Source: Welwitschia mirabilis
Taxonomy: Eukaryota
Assembly: GCA_051453625.1 (NCBI GenBank)
Contig: JBOZIK010000001.1
Location: 46,943,482 to 47,007,481, forward strand
Length of the DNA stretch: 64,000 nucleotides
Direction of reading: 5' to 3'
Shown: piece after piece, positions 37,950-51,809 of the stretch
Position numbering within the stretch: the stretch's first letter is position 1
Layout of the letters: every line of letters begins with the position of its first letter
Made by a program: the position numbers and the translations under genes
Notes under the pieces: model-generated
Databases searched by the model: none
Told to the model about the DNA's origin: nothing
The model's input: only the letters and a program-made list of their open reading frames with translations

Positions 37950-40900
37950 GATAATATTTGGCTATAATAATCAGTCTAATCTAAGTCAAAATGTTTAATA
38001 CAACAAATGGTGTGACTGATATTTTAGCTTAAGAATCCTCTGTTGATCTTAGTTGCTCATGCTTTCTAATAGTATTTCAACTTAAACAGAACATAAAGTT
38101 TTATAATAGTATTCAATATAATGTTCCAACTGTCTAGTTTTAATAACATAACTAACTTCTTGTTACAAAGGGAAAATTCTCTATTTTCGTGGATCAGTAT
38201 TCGAACTATAATAACAAGTTGAAGATCCAAATATAAAAAAATTGATTAACTCTAATTGATAGACTATACTTGAAATTCTAAAATTTCTATTTAACAAAAA
38301 TTTACATTTAATCAACTAATTAAAGTAGTAAGATCATTATTGAAGTTTGTCAAATTAAATATGAATAGAAAAATGGATAGGATTTTCTAATTTTCTCTTT
38401 TAGAACTTTTTTTCTAGAATTAGATTCAAGATTTTCAATTATTTTATATAAATTTAAATCTTTTTTAGCTTGAGAACTAGGTTCTCAACTTGCTTTCCCA
38501 CTTCCTAATCTAATGGCATTCACATTTGTACATTCTTCTACTGGATTAGTTAATTTTAGATTAGCAGTAGATTGAGAAGGTAAACTAGGATAACTCTACT
38601 TTTTATTTTGTTATTGGAACATGAAATTAATAGCTTATTGTAATTGATCCATTTGATTAACTAATAACTTCATTGTTTCTTCTAATTTATTTTCTTATGG
38701 AGGAGAAAGAGGTAAAGATTTACATTTCCATTGAGATTGATTGTTATAAGGATGAATGAAATTATGATCAAAACTATTTGGATGTGGATTGAGATAATTA
38801 TTGAATGGCATAGAATCATGATAAGTATGATTAAAGGCATGATCTTCAAAAAGATGATGATGCTATAAAGCACTTTGAGTTGCCTTAAATCTTTTACAAA
38901 ATTTAATGAAATGACCCTCTACTTAACCTAACTCATAAAAAGATGAACTTGAAGAAGATTGAATTGGAATTTTTTTTAAGCTTTTCTTGTTCTAATTTAA
39001 GATTCTAAGTTAATAGAACTTCCATTTTCTTTACTAATTCATCATCAGATTTATCTTTATGAAAAAGTTCATTCAAGCTAAACTTATTTCTAATGTGGTC
39101 ATTATCAACATTTTTCCACCTTTGAATTACTTTTACTAAATCTTCTACTTCTTTTCAAGCCTCATCACGAGTAGAACTTAATAAATCTATAGTAGTTAAT
39201 GTTGTTACTAACTTTCTAGTTTCCTTATTAAAACCTTCTAGTAAAAATCAAGCTAATCTTCACACTTCAAAATAATAATTAAGATTTTAATTAGAAGTTC
39301 TCTAAAATACTCAAAAACTTAAAAATAAGATTCAATTGAAGATTTATTGGAACTACTAATAAGCTTTCTCATTTGATTAATGTGAGTAGTAGGAAGAAAT
39401 TTCTTAATAAAAGCTTTTGTAAAGTTTTCAAGATTTGAAAGATACTCATTATGATTAACAACCTAATCTAATGTCTAGCTCTATCTTTTAAGAGAAGAGG
39501 AAGAATTGCTAATTTGGCTTCATCAGAATAATCTTGAGGAGTTATCTTGCAAACTAAGTCAAATTCTTCCAAAAACCTCATAAGCATCCTCATGATCTAA
39601 ACCATGAAAAGTAGGAAAATCCTTAAGATTTTTTGATAGAAATTAAAGTATCATGGATAAAAGAGATAGAAGAGTTGGTTTAATGATCTTAAAAAGGCTA
39701 ATCAAAAGTAGGTTGAAGATTAAAAGTATGAGCATTACTATCTTTGATGGCCATTTAAGAAGAAAGAGTATTTGAAGCTTCAGCAAAGGTATTAAATTTA
39801 AGTAGAGGTGGTATCAAAGCTAGATCTGGAATACGAGGTGACAAGGGTTTAGAACAATGCAAACACTTACCACTACGGATGCAATTTCTACTCATAAATG
39901 CATGGTATAGAAAGGAAAAAGAGATGCATAGGAAAATAATGAGAATTAACATGCGTACCTCAATGGATTAAGGGAGTAATGTAGTGCTTATGCGCTCATG
40001 CATGTAATTGTAAAATTAAAAGCAACAAAAAATAGTCAACTTCCATTAGTATATGTAAATTCTCAATATATATATATATATATATAAAATATTTCACATA
40101 AAAATAACAAGTTATGCTCAGCAATGGCGGTAATTTTGAACGAAGGAAAAACTCAATTTTTAAAATGAGGAGGTCATGTTGTAAGTCTTCGCAAAACTAA
40201 ATGTGTGCTTAACAATGATAATTTAACTCAAGAAAACAAAATTAAGTATAAAAAGTTTAAATTAAATCATAATTAAATCTCCAGGGTCGAATTGCATATA
40301 TAGTGGAACCATATGAGTATAGAACTAATGAAACAATTGACATAAATTTATATAAAAATATTAATTTTGCGTTATAAAATTACTACTTCATATGATAATA
40401 CAGCTATTTCTCTTAGGTGACATACAACTAATTAAACACACATGATATAAAATAACCATAAAAATTTACATGGGTAAAAGCATAATTCCATAAGATGTGA
40501 AAAGGAAAATACAATACAATAAAATGAATTAATGTTTTATAAACATTCACAAGATTCTAAAGTTCATTTGCAACTCATACAAATAAGCAAGAGAATTTAA
40601 GTAGTCAAATATACTAAAGTCATTTTTAAGACAAAAATAATTTTCTTTGAAAAACTTACTGCTCGAATTCATATCATTTGGATGTAATTAGGTAATTCAA
40701 ACATCTCATTCCATTCTATGTAAAATTTGTAACAACTTAGAATCAAAAGATTATGCTTAAAAAGCTATATTCCTTAAATCAATATAGCTAACAATTCAAC
40801 TTTAATAAGATTTTCACTAAATTATGATACATTTGACTTGAAAAATAACTCTTTATTTAAGAAAAATGAATTATAAAAGCATTGAAACATCTAATTTAGG

Positions 40901-43654
40901 TTTCAAATCAATAGGTAATTGATAAAAACTAGAATAATAATGTTCATTAAATCAAAGTAAGACCTATTTAATTTCAAGCTATTTTAACTAATAGAAAGAA
41001 AAGAAATGAAGAAGAAAGAGAAAAGGAAGAGAGAAAATTTAGAAGAATGGACTTAGAAAAGTTTAGCACCTTTAAAATACTCAGAATATATCATAAAATA
41101 AGTTTTTAAAACTGAATATTCAATATTAAGTAGAATCAATTACAACTGAAAAAATAGTTTATCTAAAAAAACTCAACAAATTGCAGTCAATCTTACTTTA
41201 ACCAAGAATAATAAGCAAATTTTAAAAGTTGCAAAAGTATGAATTTCATATTTAGCAAGTAGTAAAAGCAAACTACAAGATGAAAGCTTGAATTTCTAAA
41301 AACACATTAAAAATGACTAAGAAATTCACTAAGCAAAATTTAAAAAATAAGATCTAATAGTTTAGAAAGTTTTCTAACTGCAACTAAGACTAAAAAAGGC
41401 CAAAAAATGGGTTTTATAGGTTGAATTTGGGTTCTAACTCCTTCAGGAAAAAAGTTTCAAAATCATAAGAGGAAGCTACTGACAAATTTACAGAGCCATT
41501 GGGGTTGCAGAAAAAAGATATTGCCAAAATAAAAACTAAAATTAACTATTCTACTTTTAGTTTGAGAAAGCAAAAAGAAGAATTCATGCATAAATAAGAA
41601 ATTTGGTTGTTATATAAATATAAAAGAAATATTTACAAATCAATCTATTATTATTAAAAAGAAGAAAATAGAAATTCACCATTTACTGCCTTAGAAAAAA
41701 GGTGGAATCATGAGAAATGTACTAGAAAATGAAAAGAATGGAGGAATGAAGGGAGAACAAGTACNNNNNNNNNNNNNNNNNNNNNNNNNNNNNNNNNNNN
41801 NNNNNNNNNNNNNNNNNNNNNNNNNNNNNNNNNNNNNNNNNNNNNNNNNNNNNNNNNNNNNNNNNNNNNNNNNNNNNNNNNNNNNNNNNNNNNNNNNNNN
41901 NNNNNNNNNNNNNNNNNNNNNNNNNNNNNNNNNNNNNNNNNNNNNNNNNNNNNNNNNNNNNNNNNNNNNNNNNNNNNNNNNNNNNNNNNNNNNNNNNNNN
42001 NNNNNNNNNNNNNNNNNNNNNNNNNNNNNNNNNNNNNNNNNNNNNNNNNNNNNNNNNNNNNNNNNNNNNNNNNNNNNNNNNNNNNNNNNNNNNNNNNNNN
42101 NNNNNNNNNNNNNNNNNNNNNNNNNNNNNNNNNNNNNNNNNNNNNNNNNNNNNNNNNNNNNNNNNNNNNNNNNNNNNNNNNNNNNNNNNNNNNNNNNNNN
42201 NNNNNNNNNNNNNNNNNNNNNNNNNNNNNNNNNNNNNNNNNNNNNNNNNNNNNNNNNNNNNNNNNNNNNNNNNNNNNNNNNNNNNNNNNNNNNNNNNNNN
42301 NNNNNNNNNNNNNNNNNNNNNNNNNNNNNNNNNNNNNNNNNNNNNNNNNNNNNNNNNNNNNNNNNNNNNNNNNNNNNNNNNNNNNNGTGGAATCATGAGA
42401 AATGTACTAGAAAATGAAAAGAATGGAGGAAAGAAGAGAGAAGAAGAACAAAACACATGATTTATTTTGACAAGGAGTGATCAAACATGCAAAATTTCAG
42501 ATTTCTATGATAGATACTAATTGTTTGACAATCTAATTAGCACTAATAATGCTACAGGCCATAAAAAGTCTAACTAAATTGAAAGAAAATCATGATATAC
42601 ATGCATAAGTCAAGTACTTAAAAGCATGAAAAACATAAAGAAAAGAACATTTATTAACTTTAGATGAATGCACAATCCTTTTCATTAGTCTTTCATCCAA
42701 GTTCTTAAAATATTTGATGCCTTCGCCTCCTCCTACACCTCCTGATCACGTACACTTCACCACCCCTGCAATGCCCTCTAATGAATGAAATGGTAGAAAA
42801 TATGATGAAAAATAAAATATAAAAGGGTCTAAGAGGATAAAAATGGATTTAGATGACAGTAAAATATGTGAATGAAAAATGTAAAAGGTTTCCAAAGTTG
42901 ATATAGAGAGAAGATCAACTTGGAAATGAAGAAAAATGAGAGAAAATTCATAGAAAATCTTCTTCCAATGCTTAATAATGGTAAAATTGGCATAAAAATG
43001 GCACAATAATGATATGATATGAGTTTGAACACTAAGAGGAGGCCAATTCACATGTGTTTTATGATACAAAAGGAAAAACTGTTATATGGTACTACAGTGT
43101 ATTTTACTTTTGGAATTGGTACTAGAGTGCCATAGGTAGTTTTACAAATAGCTACCAAAAGTTCCAAAATAAACTTAATATAAATATATGTTTGAAGACT
43201 TACAATACATGACTTCATCACATTAAACTAAAAAATTACTATAAATGTATAAATTATAGCTTCTAGAATGTAACTTCCAAGGTAATACTGTTATGAAAAG
43301 CTCTAATGTCATTTAATGTCATGTATATAGTGTTAAAATAAGTCAGAATCGCCGCATCAGTAAAATGATCATATATGATAATGGAAAAAGGACTAGGAAT
43401 CATCCATCGAGCTTCTACATTAAAGTAGTCTTTCATGATTTACATTTTCATCCTTGATCTCAATCTCTTAATTCCAAGCATTACAAACAACCTCGAATTG
43501 GATCATAATGCATTGTTTTGAGCTCATTAAATGTCTAAGGTCCCTGTCACCTAAAAAGTGTAAAAATACCTCTAAATTTAGTATTAAAGTATAAAACATG
43601 ATGTAAAATATTAACTATTGATACCTTATGTTGTTAAAATTTTAGGCTTCATCA
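37950..43654 (-). mobile_element. 5' half of an Athila element (LTR 40137-43654, PBS, gag); pol not seen
   Basis: PBS TGCTCAGCAATGGCGGTA (40115-40132); LTR TG(AACG)...TTCATCA containing CAGGGTCGAA; gag downstream on the minus strand. Confidence 0.75.
38450..39900 (-). pseudogene. gag: Athila gag, decayed
   Basis: DFPTFHGLDHEDAY, FLEEFDLVCK, LPLLLKDRARH, and C-terminal LPSQSTAN...VNAIRLGSGK (cf. Athila LPSQ..NP..AITLRSG). Confidence 0.85.
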
Positions 43655-44151
43655 TCTATAGATATCATAATGCTTATTTTAGAGTAAATTTTTATCATGT
43701 TTTCGCATTATCATCTTGCTCTTATGATATTGTGCTTGAAGTCTTCATGAAGTTCTTTTAAGTACTAAGATAGATTTTTACTCCTTTGGTGTATAAAACT
43801 CTAAATATAATAATCTTCCTTCATTGTGACATTATTACAGGAATCCGTGATATTCATCTATTGATAAGAAATAATATTTATAGTTATTTTAATCTTTAAT
43901 GATTTCTTTTTTTTTGATGTTTATCCTTATATTTATACATATCATTTATAATATTTTTAATGCATTCCATGCTTGATAAATATTTTTATCTTTTATGTTA
44001 TTTAATCTTAATAAATAAAATAATTTTGTAACTATAATTTGACCCACATAACCATTTGGAAGTTAAGTGAAATCATGGTTTATTATAAAATTCTAGTCTT
44101 TACTTGATTTAATCTAATCTTATATGTTCTTATTAAATGACATACTATGTT

Positions 44152-45356
44152 CATTGTAGTACTATTTTATATATATTACAACATAACACAATAATATAGA
44201 TGGAGTAACTCAAATGTTGTAATTCTATGAAAGGCATAGGTGAGAAGAAAGAGAATTGATTTGAAAAATGAAATACTTATGTAATCTCTAATTAGAATAA
44301 TAATAATGTAAATTAATAATGCAAATAAACATACTATACAAAGGATATGCATGTTCTATTGTAAATGCACTATCTATCTGATTACCAAATCAATCTGTCA
44401 TAGAGATTGAACATATATAACCTAGATCAATCAAGGAAAGTTGTCACTAAATCAAGACCAACTTAAGCTATTAGGTAGATCAAACAAAATATGAAAATAA
44501 TGTAAAGTTAATCTAGAAAATGAAATGTAATGCACCTAAACTAATAATGTCAACCGTAATAAAGGTTACCCTCATGATCTATATCACAGATAAAGCCTTC
44601 ATAGAATCAAAAGCAACATAAACCATAAGGAAGATGCAAATAACAAATGATATGAAAAGGAAAACTGAATTTTGATTAAGTCAAACCAACATCTATGTTA
44701 CAAAGCAATAGCATCTTAATGAAGGATACATAAACCAATACCAAGAAAGATATCTCTCTGTAACAATAAGAAATAGACCTCCTGCCCTTTGATCTCCTAT
44801 CACAAGAATTTTTGGTGTTAAAGAAAATAAAATCGGATTCGAGGATCAACAAGGTATTTATTATAAAATAGACTCTAAAAATAGCAAACACTAATAAATG
44901 TGGTAAACCCTAACAACCATATAAGACAGATGGAAAATGCTTGGTAAAGTTGAAGGAAGTGTTTTTCTAGGTGTCATCCTACTAGTTATCTAGACGTCAT
45001 AGGGGATAATGCCACATCATACATGTTCCACATCAACTGCCAAATTAGTCCAGTAAGTATCTTTATTGGTATGAATACTTTTATCATTAGTATAGTCATC
45101 CGGATGATGAGGTGGGTGATGGGCTTCATAAAGATGTTTTTTGTATCATATTAGCCTCTTTAATTACAGGATTGATGCTTCAGATAGGAAGTATTATAAT
45201 TTGCTTTAAATGCTGTCAAATGTAATGGAGATTGCATGTTTTTATGATACTTATCTTAGCTCTCCATTATCTTTGAAACTAAGCAAAAACCTATCTAATG
45301 TCCTACAAAAATAATTAAAATACCCTATCAAATATGTACAATTTGGTAGTGCAACA
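44152..45356 (-). repeat. 3' LTR, family A
   Basis: Ends GTAGTGCAACA, followed by a PPT-complement region like the one at 10616; homologous to 63589-64000. Start approximate. Confidence 0.8.
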
Positions 45357-45925
45357 TAGTCATCCACTTAGCCTTATCAGTCCTTAACAAAATTAGGTAA
45401 ACAACCATAATTGTGAGCCAAATTAGCTAAAGATAAATCAATTAAGAAACTATGAAATCAACTCAAAAATAATCTTAGGAATCTCAGAATGCACAAAACA
45501 AATGTTAAAAATAGATAATAAACATTGTACCTATGTAGTGTAAGTGGTCGTACTATCATCCTGGTGGTCATTCGGATGATCGAGAGGATGACAGACTTAA
45601 AAATTAATCTTAAAAAGCATAATCTTATGAAAAACTTTTTCAAATAAATAAATATTAAAATGCATTGGTATTAACAACCCCTCCTCAAATGTACAGCATT
45701 TACTAAAAAAATAATCATGTATAACATAAGAAAAATCCTTACTGTAAAGTGCTAAAAGTGATAGGTAAAATATATGCATAATATCCCAGCAATAAGAATG
45801 TACACCATGATGATACTCAGTAAATGATATGTCTATATAAATCATGAGTTTTCATACAATCCACAAAGGAAAGATACATAACATAATATAATAGATCACT
45901 CCCCTCATCATGTTATAATGAACTC

Positions 45926-47148
45926 CTAATGCACAGCAGGCTCAGGTGCAGGTGGAGAAGAAGGAGGGTGCTTAAGATCTGTAGGGAAATGATGGTCAAA
46001 TTATGTCATAATGGAGTGTACTATCTTATCTTCTTGTACTCTAATTACCTCTAAGAAGTTCACTGTCACATTGTGCTTGATACATGATATGTGCTAACAC
46101 ACATGAATCAACAGCTCCTCAGTGTGCTATCCTCTCCTCTTAACCGTGAAGATCCTTTACTCAAGTATGGTGATACATCAATCTATTGTCGCTCTAATGC
46201 TTTATGTCATCTCTAATAGAAGAGCCTAAATCTACTCAAAAATGATGTCAACCACAGATCTCTATACCTAAACTCTCTCTACCTCTCCTAACATCTGAAT
46301 TCTTATGTCCTATAGGTAACGAGTTAAAGTTTAAATATGTGTAAGTCTCTGCTCACCCATAGGCTTAGGTATATTGAAGCATCTAAACATGGATAAGAGG
46401 AGACAAGGACATCCTAGAGTCTATAGCTATCGTGCCTCGATCATACTCCTGAATCTCCTTCAAATAAAGGTCAGTAGATCCATCTGCTCCTCTGCTTGAA
46501 TAATGCTAACATTTGGAGGTGTACTATCATAACATGACTATCATGAAATAATAGACTGATGTTACAAATTAGTTCTCTATGAATAATCCAATAGCCAGAC
46601 AATAACTGTGTCACCAAAACTCCCTGCCTATCAATAGTCAAGTTAGCTGGAATATCTAAAACTGCACTATAACTACAGCTCTCCTTTATAATACTATCTA
46701 AATGGGTATGTGTACTCTTGATACCATTTAGATTAGTAATAGCATTAATATGATTTAGGAGAATCATTATCTCATGGCCAGAAATGATAGCTACAATCAT
46801 ATCAACAACTTGGTTATGAACATCAAAACACCTTTCTATGTATATGGTATTGTAAAACTCTCTAGACTAAGAGATGTAATAAGCCTCCTTTACATCTATG
46901 ATCTACTAGAGTTATAGATCTATCAACCTTTGATACACCTCTGCCTTTAGATGACTCATGAAGTCCTAAAAATGTCTCTCTACATGAATAGTAGCTATCT
47001 GAATCGAGAGAGACCTAGCCTCACGAGGTGAAGGGTGGACTGACTCTATCCACTAAACCTCCAGTGGTGTCAATGGTCTCATTTCTTGCTCTACTACCTT
47101 ATCTTCTACCTTAGCCTAATTTGCTATATGTGTATGTGGCCTAATCAT
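45926..47148 (-). pseudogene. Athila env-like ORF, decayed
   Basis: Same strand as pol, between IN and the 3' LTR; SREFYNT motif (cf. LVREFY.N), ORF-track piece 46471-46800, Pro-rich end HPPSSPPAPEPAVH*. Confidence 0.75.
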
Positions 47149-48029
47149 TTATAAATATGAAATGCATCATGCAAGGTTAAGTGGAGATAGCTAAAATGTG
47201 TCCCATGGAAGCTCGAAATGATCCCATAAATTGGTTTTTAATGTGTAAAAATCATAAAAATATGTCTTCCCCTCTTAAAAGTATCAATACATCCTGTATT
47301 ACCTACTCATGTGAAGAAAAATGCAAAACATGAGAAAAAGTTGAAATGCATAAAAGTGGTGGACCCCACATAACGTCAAAAATGAAAGTTCTTAAATCAA
47401 AAATCTAATTTAGTAGAATTATAGAGATTGTCATATTGATCAATTTACCCTAAAGGACCACTACATTGTGACTTATTATTTTTGAGAAAATAAGATTTAA
47501 AATTAAAAACCTAATTCCACCTTATAAAACATACAATTCAAGATATCTCACAAAATACATAGTGAAAATCAGATTCATAAGTACCAAATTGAAGATTATG
47601 AAAAATTGAATGGTATAGACAAGAACTACATGCTAAAAGCTCAAAAATAGAAGAAAAAAGTCAAAAATAATGAGGGAAAGAAAAATATTCCTCATTTTTC
47701 AAAATTCATTAAAAGTTTGTAATCTGAAATACTAATCTAGTGGGGGAAACTTTCAAGACATTAGTAAGTATAAAAGTAACTATTCTCTCTTAGAGGAAAA
47801 GATGAAAATAATAGAGAAATGAAAAAAATGAAGGAAAAAAATAGCCTATTTTTATCACATTATCATCTAGTTGCATCGTCTAGACAATAGCCCTAGTATG
47901 ACTCTCAGAAAAATCTTAGCTATTGTCCTCCATGTTGTTTAGACAACCATGTGGATGATAAGACTTTGAAAAGTTTTAGAATAATGAAAATATTAGTTGA
48001 ACAAGTTAGGCTCAGATATCAGCGTGACA

Positions 48030-51000
48030 AGATTAAGTTAATGAGAAGTACAATAAGAGTTATAACACACATCAATAAGTAAAACACAAATTTTTCCGTA
48101 CATAATTTTATAAGGTAAAAAACCAAGAGAATTATGCCAAGTAGTATGGTAAGTCTAAAGAACATCGTTAAGCTCAGAAGCACAAGATTTCTTATTAACA
48201 AAAATAAGTTTTTGCAACATTTTCTTAATTTCGCTGTTTGCATTTTCAGCTTATCCATTAGTCTAAGGATGATAAGCATAAGCTACTCTATGTTCTATTC
48301 CAATGGACAAAAGAAGTTTTCTAAAAAGTTGACTAATAAAATAAGTTTTTTTAGTCACTAATAATAATCTTAGGAAAATCAAATATCTAAAAAATATGAG
48401 TTTTAAGAAAATGAGGCATCATTCAAAGAAATAGGAATAGCTTTAGCCCATTTAATAATATAATCTATAGCCACTAAAAATGTAATGTTTATCATGAAAA
48501 GGTGGGTCAACAATGCCTATAAAATTAATACCCTAACAATCAAAAGGTTCACATTTAATAATAGATCTAAGAATCATCTCCTAAGCATGAATAAAGCTAT
48601 CATAACACTGACAATAATAACACCTTCTGACAAAATCAAAAGAATCCTAAAAAAGGGTAGATCAATAATAACCAGAATGAAGAATTTTCATAGCTATTTT
48701 TATCCATTAAAATGACCTCCACAAATACCACCATGATAAAGATGAAAGATTTTAAATTTTTCTCAATCAGGCATACATTTTCGCATAACTTGGTCTTTAC
48801 ATTTACAATATAAATGAGGCTCTATTCACTCATAGTCACCTATTCTATGTAGAAAATATTTGCATTGATTATAATTCTAATGTTATGATGTTTTTGTTAT
48901 AACAAGGTAATTAACAATATCCACATACCAAGGAGGATGATGAGTAGAAGATATAACAAAAAGTTACTCATCCGAAAAAGAATTATTAATGAAAGAATCA
49001 TTAAGAGGAGAAGAAAGACAAGACAAATAATCAGCAACATAATTATGCTTCCTTGCTTTATTGATGATGGTCGAACTAAATTCTTACATGAGGAGGATCA
49101 ATCTAATCAATCTAGAACTAGAATCTTTTTTAGTCATAAGGTAACAAATAGCAACATGATTAGTATAAACATTTGTATGACATTTGTATGAAAGCTTTAA
49201 AGATAATCTCTAAATGTATCAAGGCAAAAGATGATTGCTAACATTTCCTTCTCTGTAGTAGTGTAATTTATTTAAGTTCTAGACAGAGTTTTGCTATGGA
49301 AAGATATAACTTTAAAATCATTTTCATATTTTTGATAAAGTACCTGATCCATGACAAAATTACTAGCATCACATATCAATTCAAAATCTTTCTCTCAATC
49401 AGGTCACATTACAATAGAAGCATAAGAAAGTTTATGTTTAAGTCTATCAAAAGAAAGCTGACAAGATTCATTCTATTTAAATTTAGATTTTTTTTATAGT
49501 AACAAGTGAAGGGGTTTACAAATGTTTGCATAATTATGAATAAATCAATGATAAAAACCATAATAACCAAGAAAAAATCTAACCTATTTTACATTAGTTG
49601 GAGAATTTAGGTTTTGAATAATATCAACCTTTTTAGGGCCCATCCTAATCCCATTTTTGAAATATGATGAACTAAAACAATTTCACTTTCAACTAAAAAT
49701 AATTTTTTTAAACTCAAATGTAGGCCACTAGAAATGCATCTATCAAGGAATTTCTCTAATATTTCTAAGATTTATTCAAAAGTTTCAGCATAAATAGATA
49801 AGTGATCCATAAAAATTTCTATCAAATCCTCTAATATATTAGAAAAAATATCCATCATAGGATGCTGAAAAGTACCAGAAGCATTACAAAGTCCAAAAGA
49901 CATGCATCTAAAAGCAAAACTACCAAAAGGTAAAGTAAAAATAGTTTTAGCTTGGTCTTCACTAGCAATACAAACCTAATTGTAACCACTATATATGTCA
50001 AGAAAACAATAAAATGTATATCCCTAAATCCTATTAAGTATCTGATCAAGAAAAGTCAAGGATAGTGATCTTTTTTGGTTTCTTTATTTAATTTTCTAAA
50101 ATCTATACACACCCTCCATTTCCCACCTCTCTTAGATGCTAATTTCAAAGGAATAACCCACTCACTATTAGCTATGACATAAATGATTTCAACATCCATT
50201 AATTTTATGATTTCATCTTTAACAACTTGCTTAAGCACTAGATTAAGTCTATCTTGGGGTTGCCTAATAGGTTTTGCATTATCCTCAAGGTAGATTTTAT
50301 GTTGAATAATTGAGGTAGGAATGACTGTCAAATCTTTATGGGACTAAGAAAATGCATTTACCTTAGATTGAAAAAGAGAGATTAAGCTCGATTCTTGTTA
50401 AGGGAAAAGATTTTCATTAATGATCAAAGGTTTGTTTAGATCATTGTATAGAAAGATGTATTTCAGTTCACTAAGTAAAGATTTCATATTTAGATTTTTA
50501 TTTTTTGTTAAATTTTTAGGAAAATCCATTATTGTCTCAAGTTGTCGTCTGGATGTTAATAGTGGACGACCACTCTTAAAATAAGAAATCTCAATTTTGC
50601 TTAGATCTCGGACTTCTACATAGTTCACAGACTCAGTTTTTTTACTCTACAGATCAAAATAATCAAATTCTAAATAGTCAAAATCAAGTTGATCTACATT
50701 GAAAATGTTTAAGTTGTCTACTTATAGTTGATCATCAAACAAAGTTGGTTTGTGAAGGATTGACCATCTTTTTTCAAGTGGATGGTGCTGTAAAAATAAA
50801 GTTGGTTTCATTTCTTCTTTCACACTCAAATCATTACCTAAATATTTTTTAGCCGTATCAAACACCCTTATTAAAGACTTCTTATTTCCTAAATAACACT
50901 CCATAAAACCTGTTATTGTATCTATAATACACTAGGTTATTACATTAAAATCTCTACTTATAAGTAAAAGATAACCACCGTTATGTTCAACTACTATCAT

Positions 51001-51212
51001 AACTACATCAATAGGGTAAAATTCTTCCTCAATATGAATGAATAAATCCTTAATTATGCCTTAGGATTTCTTAATAGATGTATCTGCCAATTCTACGACA
51101 ATCCTTGTAGGCTCTATTCTATTTTCCAATCTAAGTAATTGAAAAATGTGCAAGGGCATAATGTTGATACTAGTTCAAATATTAATTAAGGATTTCTTAA
51201 TCTGTCTATCTT
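48030..51212 (-). pseudogene. pol: Athila pol (PR C-terminal part, RT, RH, IN), decayed
   Basis: QHKIYLEDNAKPIRQPQ, WRVCIDFRKLNKETKKDHYP, FGLCNASGTFQ, IEIFMDH, YTTTEKEMLAIIF, PWYVDIVNYL, HGGICGGHF. Confidence 0.92.
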
Positions 51213-51628
51213 TGTAATGTTCCATTTTACTATTTTTCAATTACTTTGTATAAAATAGAAAATTTAAAATAATATGCCAAGATCCATATGAATAACAAGG
51301 AACAATTTAAAGAGAATAAGTATTTAATTATTAATAGCAGCAGATTACATTCTACATCATTAGCAAATAGCCTTGGACTAGTGGTTATGGGTAAAGACAT
51401 GAATTATGATCTTACTCCCCCTCCAGGTATCCTTGGGGATCAGTCAAGATTGTCATTGGTTATATCCACCTAGTATATCCACCCCACCTAATGCTATAGG
51501 CTTAAATTACATAATGAAGGAACACATCTTTTCATATTTAGGTCACATCCATTCACATATGTTGTTAATTATGCTTAATTAGCACTTAACACACTTAATT
51601 ATATAATTAATGATTTTGGAACATTACA
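51213..51628 (-). repeat. 3' LTR (416 bp)
   Basis: TGTAATGTTCCA...TGGAACATTACA inverted termini; PPT complement TTCCCTCTTTTC follows. Confidence 0.95.
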
Positions 51629-51809
51629 TTCCCTCTTTTCTAGAAATCATGTTCATCCTTGAGAACAGTCTCTCCTCAACTTACATCATTTCTGAATCCA
51701 TGCTCCTCAGAGTTATTTTCTGTATCATCTACAAAACATAATAGAAAAGAACATATATCATTTATTTAATAGTTACATTGATAATGCAACAAAAAATGGT
51801 AGATCAGGC

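Noticed and set aside
39810-39822. TGGTATCAAAGC resembling an iMet PBS on the plus strand
   Set aside because: No adjacent LTR end; it lies within the minus-strand gag start and is probably chance.
47445-47480. KSQCSGPL resembling the integrase GPF motif
   Set aside because: Isolated ~550 bp from the integrase core in non-coding sequence; cannot be told from chance.
51372-51445. A-box-like TGGACTAGTGGTTA in the chromovirus LTR (similar at ~33538)
   Set aside because: No convincing B box at a suitable spacing.
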